DNA of 62,145 bases, the filler included, from Choristocarpus tenellus KU-1152 (Eukaryota > Protista > Phaeophyceae): the NCBI GenBank assembly GCA_964200185.2. It is 12 parts of 12 records of this genome, joined end to end, with 100 filler letters (N's around TTAATTAATTAA, not from the genome) between each part and the next. Parts side by side here need not be neighbours in the genome. Positions count along the whole stretch, not along the records: positions 38,435 to 42,795 come from CAXNAD020014921.1; positions 42,896 to 47,891 come from CAXNAD020012240.1; positions 47,992 to 51,607 come from CAXNAD020018937.1; positions 51,708 to 55,952 come from CAXNAD020015509.1; 8 more parts are not named here. One strand, written 5' to 3'. The translations under genes were made by a program, and so were the position numbers. How positions within the stretch are numbered: position 1 is the first letter of the stretch; the number at the start of each line of letters is the position of its first letter. The notes under the pieces were generated by a model, which made no database searches, was not told the DNA's origin, and worked only from the letters and a program-made list of their open reading frames with translations. Shown here one piece after another: positions 39,466-52,844 of this stretch.

Positions 39466-40113
39466 GTGGCAACAGCTCGATTCATCCTTCCATGTGTTGA
39501 GAACACCCTTGCTGACTCGGAAGAGGCGGTGGTGTCCAGCGGGCTCCGATGCTTATCGTCTCTGGTTAGGCTTGGCCTTATTCCACGACATGCCCTTCAC
39601 GGTCAGGCAAGGTCAGCGACACCGCTTCTTCACCACCCCGGGCTTTGGGTGAGGTTGGGTACTGCCTCTCTCTGCCTGGCTGTTGCAAGGGCGTTGGGAC
39701 CACTGGATGTGCACGTGTTTCTCCACCCTATATTACGACCACACCTGAGGTTGGTTTGATGCATGCATCGTAGATCCGCGCCTTTGCCCGTGAGAATGCA
39801 CTTTGTATTGTGTTTACTTATTTATTTATTTATTTATTTTTATGTATTGTTGCGCACGCTTGGATGGCGTTGTTATTTTGGTCATTTTGTTTGGGGCGGC
39901 TCTCGACTTTGACCCTGATCCTTTTGCGTTGTTGGTAGTATTTCATATGTTGCGGTCCCGGTGTTGGTAGTTAAAAACGTGGTGTTGGTTTGTTTTTTGG
40001 AGGGAGGGGGGGGGGGGGGGGGGGGGGCTTTTTTTGTCCCTTGTGGTGTGGCTTTTTTTTTGNNNNNNNNNNGGTGGTGTGGGGGTTGGGGATATGAGGG
40101 TGGTGGGTTGGTT

Positions 40114-40144
<31 letters not shown>

Positions 40145-42795
40145 ATGGAGGGACTTTTTTTGTCCCTTGTGGTGTCGCTATTTTTGTGACGGATTGGTTG
40201 ATCAAGATTGATGACGATACATGCAATGTAATATGTATGATATGATATGATATGATATGATATGATATTAGTGGCACAATTGCTGTTACAGGTACAGCCT
40301 TGCAGGCAGTGAGCTGGAAGAGGACACTCTGTTTGATGCCCTCCGGTCCCCTGTTAAGAGAGAGACCTTCCAGTTTGCTGTTTCAGAAGTGTGTGAGAGG
40401 AGGAGAGCTAGGAGCGCAATGAACACTATGGCATCCGGACCTGTAGGAGGGACTGGGTCTGGCATGAAGAATGGAACTGGGGGCACTGTTGCGGAGGCCT
40501 TATTTCAGGTGAGAGTTTTATCCTCCCTCTCTTGGCTTATCCAAGAACCTTGGCGTTCAGTCTGTTCCGTGAGAGATGGCAACTCTTGAGTACTCAGGCA
40601 AGGTCTCCCCTGCTAGTTACTTCATTCTCCTCTCTTTCCTTTTCAGTTGTTGCTGCTCTCTCCCCCTTCCGTCTCCCCTCATCCTGTTGAACATCTCCCC
40701 ATCCCTTCCTACAGGTATATTTATCTACTATTTATATGAAGAGTATAGTATAATGTTCCTACTTTTGCTCTCAATGGCGATTTTGCAAGTCCCCTTTGTG
40801 GGGGTCCGTTTTGGCTCATGTTGGACCCCCTGTTGTGGAATAATGGTAAGTTGTACGATCCTTGGCATGTTGTTATATTTAGTGTTTACTGTTTGTTGGG
40901 TTGGTCTGCCTACTGCCTTTGCTTTGTGCCACTTGTTATTCAAAAGTTTATTATTATTTTTATTTTATTATTGGATATGTTACAGATGCATCATTGATGT
41001 CTACTGTTGAATGTGTAAATGAAAGAGACTCGGCTCTCTGTTTGATCTAAGGAATGGAAGTTTTGTATGGTCCTTGTTCTTTTGAATGGATCATTATTAT
41101 TATTATTATTATTGCCATTGCCATTGCCATTGCCACTGTCATGCTGTATCTGGAAGGGGAAGGCTCGGGGATCAAAGAGGTGAAATGCATGAAAAGTACA
41201 GAGGGACTCATAACAAGTTATAGACCTCCAGAGGATTTTCTTAGAGTTGTATTATGTGTTTTTTATGTTTAGTTGTGTGTAGTTGGATGGATAGAAAGGT
41301 CATCTGTATTCGATTGATGACGGTTTCGTCCAGAGGGCAACCAATTCATGAGTCATGCAATATATCAATTGAACAGCTTTTGATAAGGAGTAGTATAAAT
41401 TTATTCCCTGGAATTTAATTTGGTGCTTTTTTTTCTGCCTCTGTCAGTTACAGCAACAGGATGAAGGGACATCCAGCATGGTGGAATTGTGGATGATGAA
41501 TGCCTCTGTGATTTGGCAAAACCCTTTTTCTTGCTGATCTTGAGGCCATGGGTGGATAGGTCTCATCTGGAGCATTTGATCGATGTTCATACTGTTACAA
41601 TGGTGACAATGGTGAACTCAGTTGTGCTATCATGATCAAGTGGTTCTATTTTTTGAGGTCACAATCTGGATAAGGTTCCACTGCTTTACCCCTCCCCCCC
41701 CCCCCCCCACCCCACCCTTTAGTCCCCGAGCACTCCGATCTGTTGTATTTTGTTTAGAATATTAACATAATTTTTATTACTCTTTTCTCATTTGATTTTA
41801 AATTTTGTCTTCTAAGCGTAACCCAGGGCATAATAATAATGATAATAACAATGAGGAGGAGGAAGAGGATCACCGGTATGTACACCCAGCAAGTGTGCAT
41901 GGGGCAGAGAGTAGGACTCAGGCCACAGAGGCCTCTATGATAGGAGGGGAGGGACGGTTGAAGCGTGTGCTCAGTCTGGGTAGTAGCATTGATTCAGAGA
42001 GACAACATCGGGAGGAAGGTATTGGGGTTAGGGTTAGGGGAGGAAATGGCAGGGGCCAAGGTAGTATTGAGGGGGGCACTGATGGGAGGAGGCTTAGAGG
42101 TGTGAGCAGCAGTGGGGTAATATGCACATCAGGGAAACCAGGGCCTGTGGATTGTACCATTGTGGAGGGAGGTGGGGAGCAGGCTGGCTCAGGGGGAGGT
42201 CGAATATCCTTGGAGGAGCGAGAAAAGCTGGTGCTGATGAAGGGGTGCGTGTCTGTCTTTGCGTGTGTCTTGGGGTAGGCAGTAAATTTTTTGAAGGAAA
42301 AAGAGGGTTGTTTTGAGTGTGGTGTGGGTGATTTAAGGTAGATTTCATGTTTAGTTATCAATATCATAGTATTGTGTCATTAATGGTTAATATTGGTAGT
42401 GTTTATTAATAATAGTAGCAGTAGTGGTATTGATAGTTTTCGTCGTGAGTGTGTAGGCTTTTTCATCATGTACAGCAGTGCATTGTTGACTCTTCTTTTT
42501 TCTGTGGTATGATTGATACCCCTTGACTGCTTTCGCTGTTGTTGACTGGTCCCATCCATTTGCGTCACTGATACCCCTCAAACAGGTACACCATTTTCCT
42601 CTACCCCTTCATTCCTCCCCCCTCCTCCCCTTCTCGAACACATATCAGACCATTGTCCGTCTCCCTATGATCGTCGCTTTTTATTTTATTCCGAAACTGT
42701 CGCTGCACCTTAACCATCATCCAATCCCAGGCACATAGAGAGTGCAGCGCAGCATGTAGTCAACAAGCTTGCCGGGCGTGGTGGAGATGGGGGTG
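39466..42795 (+). CDS. VPS15: VPS15/PIK3R4 (PI3K regulatory subunit 4), HEAT-repeat and linker region, partial
   Basis: Exons 39466-39749 (FILPCVENTLADSEEAVV...PLLHHPGLWVR...DVHVFLHPILRPHLR), 40292-40508 (LFDALRSPVKRETF), 41817-42245 (EEREKLVLMK) and 42731 to the contig end. These match VPS15 motifs L.D.EE.V, LCHPN.WIR, L..PVSR and EEKLL.M. Confidence 0.82.
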
Positions 42796-42895
42796 NNNNN
42801 NNNNNNNNNNNNNNNNNNNNNNNNNNNNNNNNNNNNNNNTTAATTAATTAANNNNNNNNNNNNNNNNNNNNNNNNNNNNNNNNNNNNNNNNNNNN

Positions 42896-43006
42896 TTCTA
42901 AAATTTAAAATCCGACGCGTGCGACCAAATTACCCAAAAAAAGTGATAATCGAAAAAAGGGTGAAAAAGGGACGCCGACCCCCCCCCCCCCCAGATACTT
43001 TGACCC
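42896..43006. mobile_element. MITE family B end at a contig start (similar broken ends at 31583, 31706, 38310 and 56053)
   Basis: CCCCCCAGATACTTTGACCC terminus. Confidence 0.75.
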
Positions 43007-45394
43007 ATGAGGTCACAATTATTAAAAGTTGGGATTAAATCAATCCCTGTTTGAACCTGGCCTTCAAATTTTATTTACTGGACAAGCTTGAACCATGGTG
43101 CAATTTGAACTTTGAGAGCAAACATCTCTCTACACTCTCTGTGACACAAAAAGACATGCCAATACATCGCGGAGGTCACCTGTTCCCCATGACTTCACCC
43201 AATCTAGTTACGGACCATTTCTGTGGAGGGAGAGGCAGGGGGGGTATACCTCCTTGCAACAATTTGCATTGTGCATTGATATTGAGAGGGTCATTACGAA
43301 TTATGTTATGACAAGGGGGGCCTAAACTGGCACAGATTTTTTTCAAAAGAAGTACTGGTATGACTTGCGAAGAATGGTGAAATCAGGAACTCTGCAAAGT
43401 GAGAGCCAATCTATCTACCTGTAGTGTCTTGAATCGTAGTAATTCAATCACAACGGTTTGATTTGTTCACCATTAATCAAAACCGAAAACTGAGGGGTGA
43501 TTTTCGATCGGTTATTTTTCGCGTTGAATACCTCCGTTGTCCATGGAGTGGCCCATCGCGCGCCTCCACCATACACTGCGTGTGATACATTTCAATTAAA
43601 GTTTTATGCTCTACTTAACTTGTACTCATCAAACGTTTCAATTCACAACAACACCACTATGATTTATGTTTTTATATTTTTCATGAAATAATTATCCCAC
43701 GATTCATGAAGTCCACCATTCTTGTTTTGACTATAGGTTCGACACCACTATACCATCTACATTTCGTAGTCTTGTGTTCCGAGAAGGTCCCAAGAACAAA
43801 CTCAATATCTAGTCTGGTATCATAAGGCGAACACACATCTTCTTTATGGTGTGCGCAGCAATGAATGGTTAAAATAACCATTAAAACAAAAACGGTGTCA
43901 TTTTATGACATTTTTTGTTTTGGTTTAGCAATGTATGCCATTACTACTTGGGAGAAAATAATGCTGACTAGCTTTGGAAAAAATGTGTGAGTCACTGGGA
44001 TACCTGTTTCATCCATGCATGGTATGTGAGGGATAAAAAAAGAAAGTTAGGTGGACTGGTCCTATAGTGATATATATATACATGTCCCAAGTATCAAAAT
44101 TTCGGAGCAACCCGTTTTTGATTGATGTATATCCTCCCCTGCCAACAAGGTACCAAGAGTTATATGAGATCTGTTTAGCAGCAGGTGCAATAACTGCCAT
44201 ATGCTTTATCAGCTGTGGCAAATGATCGTGTCAATCGCTGTATCATATTAATAGTGTTACGTGTTCTAGGACCAAATAAAAAGGCAGCGCATGTCCATCT
44301 ACACGCACAGAAGACTCAAACACGATCGAAAGTACATTTGTCTTTGAGAAAGATCCACGCTCCTTCAGAGTGCCCTTTTTGGATCTTCTAGTACCAAACG
44401 AAAGGCAATATTTAAGGGGAACGTGTTTGAAAAGCCAAGCAAACTCGAGGATAGTATCTTGTCCAATGTCTTTCACGGAGCGTTTCCACAGAGGACATTC
44501 GTCTTCTACCTCAACTGTCACCATATGACGCCCATTAACCATCATCAGCGAGCACGCACAAAAAGTCAATGTTTTAAAAATAATTCAAAACTCTGACTGG
44601 AGGAGGGTGTATGATCCAAGGGATGCGTTGCAAAAATACATTGAAGGCCAGTCAATATGAGTCAATGTGAACAGGTACTTTGCGAAAAAGGAGTACGAAA
44701 TAGGAAACGTGTCTCAACATCACTTGCATCACATACGTCCTCACTTTCAAGAAAGCATTTGAAAGAAGTCCAGATGACATGCTTGCACCGGAGATGGTTG
44801 CGAAACACTGTATTACTTCAAGAGAGGTGAGGTAGAAGGATGTGAGGCAGTTCTGATGACGTCACCCGTTTGTCCCTTGTTCCCTATCATCTTTCTTAAG
44901 ATATTTTGCTCAGCAGGTTGTTAAGTCTACAGTTTATATGAATGCTCAGCACTAGACATGGGAAGAGTTGGTAACGACCAGAGTGTGTGTCAAGAGGAAA
45001 CTCAAATGGAATAGAGGAGTGGGGTAGCAGACAACTGGGCAGGGGTCATGACCTTGGAGAACGCAGTATCTGTCTACCACCCACGACCATGAAATGACTG
45101 TGATCAGGGAAGAAGAGAACATTTAGGCTTTGACGGTTAAATGATGGGGGAAATGGGTCACCGCAAGTCAGTTGCATGTCGTGCTTGCAGCTCAGCACCT
45201 CGACAGTCACAAAGTGAAAATATATTTACACAACACACAGCGATCTGGTTTCATTCTCCTCACCAATGTCCAAAAGAAAATTTTCAAGGGGGACGTATCC
45301 CTCACAGAATATATATATTTGAGAAAATAAAAGTGGCTACACTGCAGAGTGAAGACTTTATTACCCTTGGAGAGTTGAAAATGACTACAATAAA

Positions 45395-45670
45395 GTCGGG
45401 ACTTTGCCCCAGTCTGAGTAAATGTCACGGGACTGGGTCACAGGCTGACCCCATTAAATTATTTTTCAACAGGATGGACCCGAGGCTGCGACCAGAGATA
45501 AAAACTGGACTGGGTCTCAGGCTGGCCCCAGTAAATATCGATTCAACGGGGGCAGTCCAGGACCGTCAGAATTTTCAACCAGACCGGACCGTGGGCTGAC
45601 CCCACTCATATGCTTTTCAACCGGAATAGTTGAGGGCTGACACGTATTATAGCTGGACTGGACCATTGGG
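45395..45670. repeat. Cluster of short imperfect repeats (GGACTGGGTC / GGCTGACCCC), probably a DNA-transposon subterminal region
   Basis: The GGAC(T/C)G and GGCTG(A/G)CCCC motifs recur several times in about 270 bp. Confidence 0.5.
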
Positions 45671-47660
45671 TAGACCGTTGCTCACACAAACAATATAACT
45701 TTTGGAACATAGATGTTTCAGAGTCAGCCCAGTCAACTCTTAGTATATACTGTTTGGATATCTCTACCAATCAACCACTTCATTGGCGTAAGTATGCTGT
45801 AGTCGCAGCAAAAAAACGGGAGATTTGCAATCAAACATTTCTGCCCAGGTTTCTGAGCATCATTGTTTCTCTCTCGGTTGTTGCTGGAGATAAGGTGTAG
45901 TGAATGACTGGGGTATGAACCCAACACGCCCACCACAGTGATTGCATGATTTTATCATTTGCAAAACATCGAGTTGTGGTGACCCTCCACCACTACAATT
46001 TCAATAGAGACACGGCCATAATGACCAACAGAGATACTGCCATGGTGTATGTCGGCGAGGCAAATGAAACAGGAGAGTGCTGTGCCCATTCTTCGACTTC
46101 TACAGCAGGGATCATCTCGAATCCTGTTGTCGTGGTTGGAGCTTCACCTGTCCAATGCCTACTACGTTCATGTGTTGGAATTGGTCGATCAAGTGCACAG
46201 GCTGATGACTGTAGTGTATGATTAGAGTAATCGTCAAGGATGAAGATAAACAAACAGGTTGTGGTGATTAGTTTGAAAACAGTATTAGGAGAAGGGGACA
46301 GTAGAGATCAATCTTTGTTGATGGAAGGGATTTCAACCTCCATTCCAAGATGAAGATTTGGTATGGACATACAAGTTCAATAGGAGATTCATAACTTACT
46401 TTACTATTGATTTATTTTCTGTCTTCCCATCTGTGCAGGTTACCATTGACCTTACACTTATCCCCTCTATCCACACTAAGCTAGCTCTTCGACTTGGTTC
46501 ATGAGGCTTGGAAATATGAACGAATAATTTTCAACGACCATTGTCTGCCTCCACATGCAGCATCCAGTTCAAGTTCATATCTTGTAACCTTAAAACATAC
46601 ATACCCATACACACACACCATACTCACATAAAATATTCATCCAAAAACCCTATCAGAGAAAAGGATGGGATGAACAAGATCTTGTTTTCCTTTGCACTTA
46701 CCCCCCCTCAACACTCACCCATATTATTTAAACCCTACTCTCAATAACTGTCATGTATCACCTCTTCTCAGTCTACTGGGGAATTTTGATCCACTAAGTC
46801 TAGTACTGTTTGACCCGGATGCGCAGCCTCCCAAGTACCTTGGAAATATGTCTTCCTCTTGATCTGGACTCCACCAATTTTGATGTTGTGTGTAAAAGTT
46901 GCTATGGAGCATTCATACTCCACTTGGCGCAATCTATGGATTGTACCCACAGAGCTATTGACTCAACCAGCTGACAATGTCAGCCTCTGTGGGATGCATA
47001 CATCAACCATCCACTATTATTGAAATGATTCTCACCAATGACATTGTAAACACAACTTGGTCTTGGACTCTTCATCATGGTGCAATTTCGAATCCTGTGG
47101 GCAGAACCTCAAGCATGTCACAAATGTGTCAATCTTCACAATCCCATTGAGACAAAAATCTCAATAATGATAAAAGCTTGAATCAAATGTCAGAGGTCGA
47201 CAAGGTCACCAAGGTGACCCAAAACGTCGAAGGATAATGCACGAACTTCACCAGATAGTACACCAACATGAGGGCAGTGCTCTCCACCAACTTCAACATG
47301 TACACACCTGAAGGCACTTAGGATGGTAGGTAGCTTAGAAAATTTGATTTTCCCCAATGATCTCCATACCTTCTGGCACAATCCCGTCACAGAGAGGAAA
47401 TCTGTCCATCCTATCTACCAAAGTAGGAGCGTCCACAATATCTGCAAGGTTCACAGGTGCATCATCTTGCCATGGTTCTCCACAATACACATCTACAAAA
47501 TGCCCTATGCCATGGAGGGATATTGGTGGTTCCCCCCCTGCAGCCACAGCAGGGAGGTCCCAGTTATTGCCCTCTCCATTCTTATGCATCCCTCAATCCC
47601 TTCCCTCCCAGTTGACTGCCTCCTTCCAATACCTACATCCTCATCAATCCATCTGTAAAT

Positions 47661-47830
47661 GACTCAAAGTATCTGGGGGGGTGGCAACTGTCCATTCGGG
47701 ACCCATTTTTCCATGTCGTGATTTATGGGTGATTTGGTTGCATGTGTCAGATGGATAATGTAAGTTCACTTCTCCTGGTCAGGGTCCAAATGGACACCTG
47801 GTGTAGATCTCCCCGCCCCCCCCCCCATTA
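47661..47830. mobile_element. MITE family B, right end lost
   Basis: GACTCAAAGTATCTGGGGGG plus the family B body. Confidence 0.85.
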
Positions 47831-48911
47831 AAAAAAAAAAAATGTGTGTTTTTTTTTTTTTTTGGTTGTTTTAATACACAAATAAAAAAAANNNNNNNNN
47901 NNNNNNNNNNNNNNNNNNNNNNNNNNNNNNNNNNNTTAATTAATTAANNNNNNNNNNNNNNNNNNNNNNNNNNNNNNNNNNNNNNNNNNNNATTTTGGGC
48001 TTATTTTTTCATGGAAAAAAAAAAATACACATGGAATTGTTTTCCAAACTTATCTCGCAGCTTTTTTTTTTAACAAGACCAGTCTGAACTTGACTCAGTA
48101 TTAAAATTCAGAGCTATCTGGTTTTAAATTATTACGTATCCCCCATCCAAGCTGTAGATAGAGTAAGTAGGTTGTGATACCAAGACAAAGAGAGCTGCAC
48201 CAATCCTCAAGAATATCAAGAGGAGAAATGTCAAGGTATTAACTATCACTGAGTAATGATACATCTCTTCTGCTCCACCTGCATACCTCTGTTTTTCCTA
48301 TTCCTGAAGGACCTGTAATACAGATGATCCCTGTCCTCCGCTTCATGAGCTGAAAAGTCTCAAAAACTTTCACCTGCAATGCAGAGGTCCAAAGCAGATA
48401 GGTTCACAGTACTGTGGTGTCTTTGTTACATTTTTTCTAGCAACCTAATTTACCGTGGAGATGAGACATGATCAACACCAGAGGCAGTACTTGGGAGTGT
48501 CAGGGTTGTTGCCTCTTGATGAGAGAAACGATATCATGTCCAAGTTGCTAATTGCACATCATAATCATGACCACCTTCATGGAAATAAGGCACACAAGAG
48601 AACAGGAAGGGGGGTAAAAACTTGACTCATTTGTAAATGGGAAGGTAATGATATGAAATGAGCAATTGATCAGACAAAAAAATAAATTGCGTGTGTACCT
48701 TTTGTCCAACAAACGTTCTTGATGCTGGGTCGCAGTGGTTAATTGGAAGGGTGAGTGTCTCATCAGTATACTCCCCTGTTTGGACTTCACAAAAGGGCGA
48801 TATAGAATGATCATCACCTTCAGGAAGAAGGGCAACAGGTGCTTCATCACCACCTGTGAGCCTAACGGCAATACATGTGGTAGTCACGAGGTTAGCATTG
48901 AGTTATTGCAT

Positions 48912-48949
48912 GGTAGTATAGTGGTAGTATAGTGGTAGTATAGTGGTAG
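48912..48949 (+). repeat. Tandem repeat (GGTAGTATAGT) x3.5
   Basis: Seen directly. Confidence 0.9.
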
Positions 48950-49899
48950 AACAAGCATCACCAAATGAACTTAGACAAATAAGGTAAGGTTGACATGTGG
49001 GAGGGAGGGGCCTCAGTACAAAAAGCAATATGTAAACCAATAGGAAAGTCTGCTCATCACATTACACCAGTAGGGATACATGGTTGCCAGCACAAAAAAG
49101 ATGAAAGAAGATGCACATATGAGTATTAGCAGTACATTGAAGCAATACACCTTCCAAATGAATGTATCGATCAACTAGGTAATAGGTGGAGCTTGTAGTA
49201 AGGGGTGTGTCCAGAGTTGCACAGAACTTGGCCAGGAAACCGTAAGTAGAAGCGATAACACTCTTGTGAAACCAAAGGTTAAGGTGTTCATGAATGACAC
49301 CTGCACACTCTTGTGTTTGACCTTAATACATCACCCAACATATGATTCTTGGTGAGTAGAAGTATCGACATGGCTAAAGGATGATTGTTCTGTGAAAAGA
49401 TAATGTATAAACCTGCTAGTGCGTTGTTTTGTACTGAAGTAAAATGGTCTTGCTACACGAACAAGGCTTTAGCGAGCACCTATTCTCCAACAATAGGGCT
49501 GACTTCTGGCCAATATGGGATCAGGTAGCACCATGAGTTGGGAGAAACTGTGAGTCAAGTTGTGCCCTTACTAACATTTGCTACGAAAGGAAGGTGGATG
49601 ATGATCACCTTAGCACATGAATCTCATCAATACAACCTACAACGGAAATAACAGGTTTTGCTACTCATTTTGCAATTAGATCAACTACTTGTAACATACG
49701 AATGCCTAAGCCTAAAACAATGACAACATTGATACTGACCATGTGTACTGCACCATCAGGGTGTCTATGAACTCAATTGATTATTCCTACTGGTATGATA
49801 TTCTTGTCATCAACAGTATGGATTGAACTAAATGATCCCATAAATTCAATGGGCAGAGCTCCCCTCAGCAAAAAAGCTTGCACACCTGAGCTTCCCCCG

Positions 49900-51150
49900 A
49901 TTAAAAGCATCTTGAAGCGCGCACCCTTGCAGCAGTGCACTATAAAATTCCTGCATGAAGGCCAGGGTTACATTCTCCTGTCTTGTACTTCGTTCCACAG
50001 CTACCACATGACTCACACCTGCTCATCAGAGCCAGAATCATCCGGAGAACCAGATCGATTGCAGGCACGATGTTGACAACAGGAAAATATTGCTACCCTT
50101 AATGGTTGGGTCCTTTGGGACTACATGCCTCGCAGGCTTCGCAATATTTTACACAACGCCACCTTTCTTCACCATCTAAATATGACTTCATGAGCATACT
50201 TGTTTAAGGACAACGCAAAGCTTCAAGTAGTCACAAAAAATATTGAAATCTCTTTCTCATAGCACACCTGCAAGGATAAAAGACTTTGCTACGGCATTCG
50301 ATGAAGGACCGCTGAGAATGACGACTTCTGGCACCTGACGACGCAGGCGATGTCGCATCTGATTGTAAGACCTGGGGGGTATATCACTTGTGTAACAAAT
50401 CATACCTAAACAATAGAAGTGCAATAGCGATAGCTTTAGGCATCGGAAGTCCTTCGACTGTTGCAATAGGTGATGTGCTTACCTTTTCTAGAAAATCCGT
50501 ATGAGAGAAAGGAGACAAGCACCCACAACTATCCTCACATATGACCTGGCGAATTAACAAAAGGGGGCACGAACCCAAAACGTCGTTGGTGGACACCATA
50601 GGCTTGAAGTATTGATGCCCTATAGAAAACTAGGATTGCCACATTGCAATTGCTTTTGCCACACGTCACCTGCTGCTGCTCAACGCTCCCATTCCACGTG
50701 AAGTGCATTACTTGGCAACCTGTCAAACACAGCAACATGTTTGATCGTGTTCCAACCTCTGACTTGAATCTTATCTTCCGGCGTATGCTCATCAGTTCCC
50801 TGCCAGGGCGAATGTAGTTAAGTTGACCTATGAAGAAGGATCAACTCCTCAGCTGGAGCTAACCCTTTTTATTAAGAAGGATGTACACACCTCATCAACG
50901 CAACCACCATTATCACATGCTCCAAAGTCACCTTAGAATTGCTTCTTTCTCCCTGGTATAGTCCGCCTCCTCAACATGAACAAAGGTCTGGGGAGCAAAT
51001 GCTAAATCGTGTAGGACATGATCTCCTCTCTCACAATATTTACGAACAAGCGGCGCTGCAAAGAGGTATGCGAGTAGAGGCGAAGTCATTCCCCACTCGC
51101 CCTTTGAGTGAAGCACTCAACGAGTCGTGGCTTTTCGATGCGCCTTATCG
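49900..51150 (-). pseudogene. Probable decayed MULE-like transposase with SWIM finger
   Basis: FYRASI..PMVSTNDVLGS....IRQVIC (about 50540-50630) resembles the W....G.PSTNN.LES....K motif. Downstream GSCGTKYKTGECNP (about 49970-50010) resembles SWIM CSC..F...G.C.H. Frameshifted. Confidence 0.45.
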
Positions 51151-51707
51151 ATAGTGTGGAATAGTACTTTCTGTACATGTACAATAGCACCTCATACTGT
51201 CTAGTCTTTTCAGCAAAAAGTGGCTATCAGATTAAATACCTCTAGACTAGTCTTCTTGGAGAGTGGTCCTATCAACATTTCCTCGATTTAAGATACAAAC
51301 TTAGACAAAAATGAACCTTCTCATTTGTCTCATGTCCAACACCCTTTCCAAATTGTCAAGTTGTGGTTCTGAAGTAAAGTAGTTAGTATACGAAGAAAAT
51401 ATTGCGTACCACCACCTGTTACACATTATTCCACATTCCTACAAAATACTAAGATACTACATAACGTGATTTTTCATCGATTGTGCAACTTCAAAAATTA
51501 TAGACATATCTTTGTTCCTTGTTGTGGAAAGCATGTTTGTCTGTTCTTATACCGTTATCGCCGTATGCCATATACCGTTATACCGTGGTACCGAATGACG
51601 TTCCCAGNNNNNNNNNNNNNNNNNNNNNNNNNNNNNNNNNNNNNNNNNNNNTTAATTAATTAANNNNNNNNNNNNNNNNNNNNNNNNNNNNNNNNNNNNN
51701 NNNNNNN

Positions 51708-52353
51708 TAATTCGAGACAGGCTGCCCTCCTGTCGGGGCTGCCTCCTCTCGTACGTGTTGACCATACAAGCTGACCACCATAGCTGCAGCACCCCTCGTG
51801 GCCTGTTCCAGCAGGAACCACAAGGCTTCGTGATGCCTGACGTATTCATCATACGCGCAGCATTCCTCGAATGATGTATCAGCTGTGGGAGGTGCAGGAA
51901 TGCGGTATGCTGATTGTAGGATGCAGTACAGTCTCTTGCCACCCGCATAGCTCACCAGCGCTATCCGCCATTCTGCCCACTTCTCCCTTGTATGCCCCCG
52001 CGCTCCACTCCATAGTGGCAGCATACGGGGGTCCGCTTACATACCAATGAGGCTCATAACCCATGCAAATGAGAGCCCCTCCAATAGTCTTTTCATTATG
52101 CTGTGTGAATGTGTTTATTAGCGGAGTGAGCACTACCCTCTAGGTGGAGGTGGTGCTCTCCCTTGTTATCTAATATATACGTCATCAAACACGTCAGAAA
52201 TATATTTAAACTTGTTTGTGACAGTTACACTACGTCAGTCACTAATAAGTTCAAGTTGCACTACGTCAGTAGTAGTCGCTTATAAGTTCAAGTTACATTA
52301 CTTTATTCACCTTTACACTATAAACCATATAGACTACTAGTCTATATTGCACA
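51708..52353 (-). mobile_element. Ty1/copia element: 5' LTR (52064-52353), PBS (52051-52061), start of gag; cut by the contig end
   Basis: TG...CA LTR; GGTTATGAGCC PBS; gag MLPLWSGARGHTREKWAEWRIALVSY... nearly identical to the plus-strand copy at 53237. Confidence 0.9.
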
Positions 52354-52844
52354 CAAACCGCTCCCCCATCACCCGACATTTCAAAGACCTAAACAAGCAC
52401 AGATCCATGATATTGAGGTCGAGGGAGTTAGATGTCTGTGTCACCAGCCTAATCGACCACCCCTCAGTCTTCCCTGCTCCTGACAAGATTAGGACTTGCC
52501 CTTGCCCGTGTGGGGGTTGGCACCGTCTTGCCGAACGATCACGTGCTTCCCCTGTAATCAAGGCATCTTGGTCTTGATTGCAAGCAGAAACTCCTCCGTG
52601 TACCACTTCTGTACCACAAATTGTCTAAAGTGCAGTCCTCCTCATACACATCCCTCTTGTTATGGTTCTTGCTTGTCCTGTCTGTCGTTTTTGGCGCACA
52701 AACATGTCAAACACCAACTTTCCATCAAAGCTGTGAGCCGAATCTGGGCGGGTGTTGGCTGCAATGATCATGGTTTTGGGGATATGACTCTTGTGCTGCA
52801 CAGTAGGGGGCCCTGGAAAGTCGCTATCAACCTCATGCGGAAAT
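52354..52844 (-). mobile_element. Tc1/mariner (DD39D-type) transposase remnant bounded by two copia insertions
   Basis: GAGKTEGWSIRLVTQTSNSLDLNIMDLCLFRSLK matches QP.NSPDLN.LDLG.F.S; same family type as 21270-21694. Confidence 0.8.

Noticed and set aside
39882-40277. Pro-rich and Gly-rich ORFs
   Set aside because: They arise from poly-G, low-quality intronic sequence containing Ns.
25534-42795. KATNIP, GPN3 and VPS15 as a gene cluster
   Set aside because: They are on different contigs joined artificially, so linkage is unsupported.
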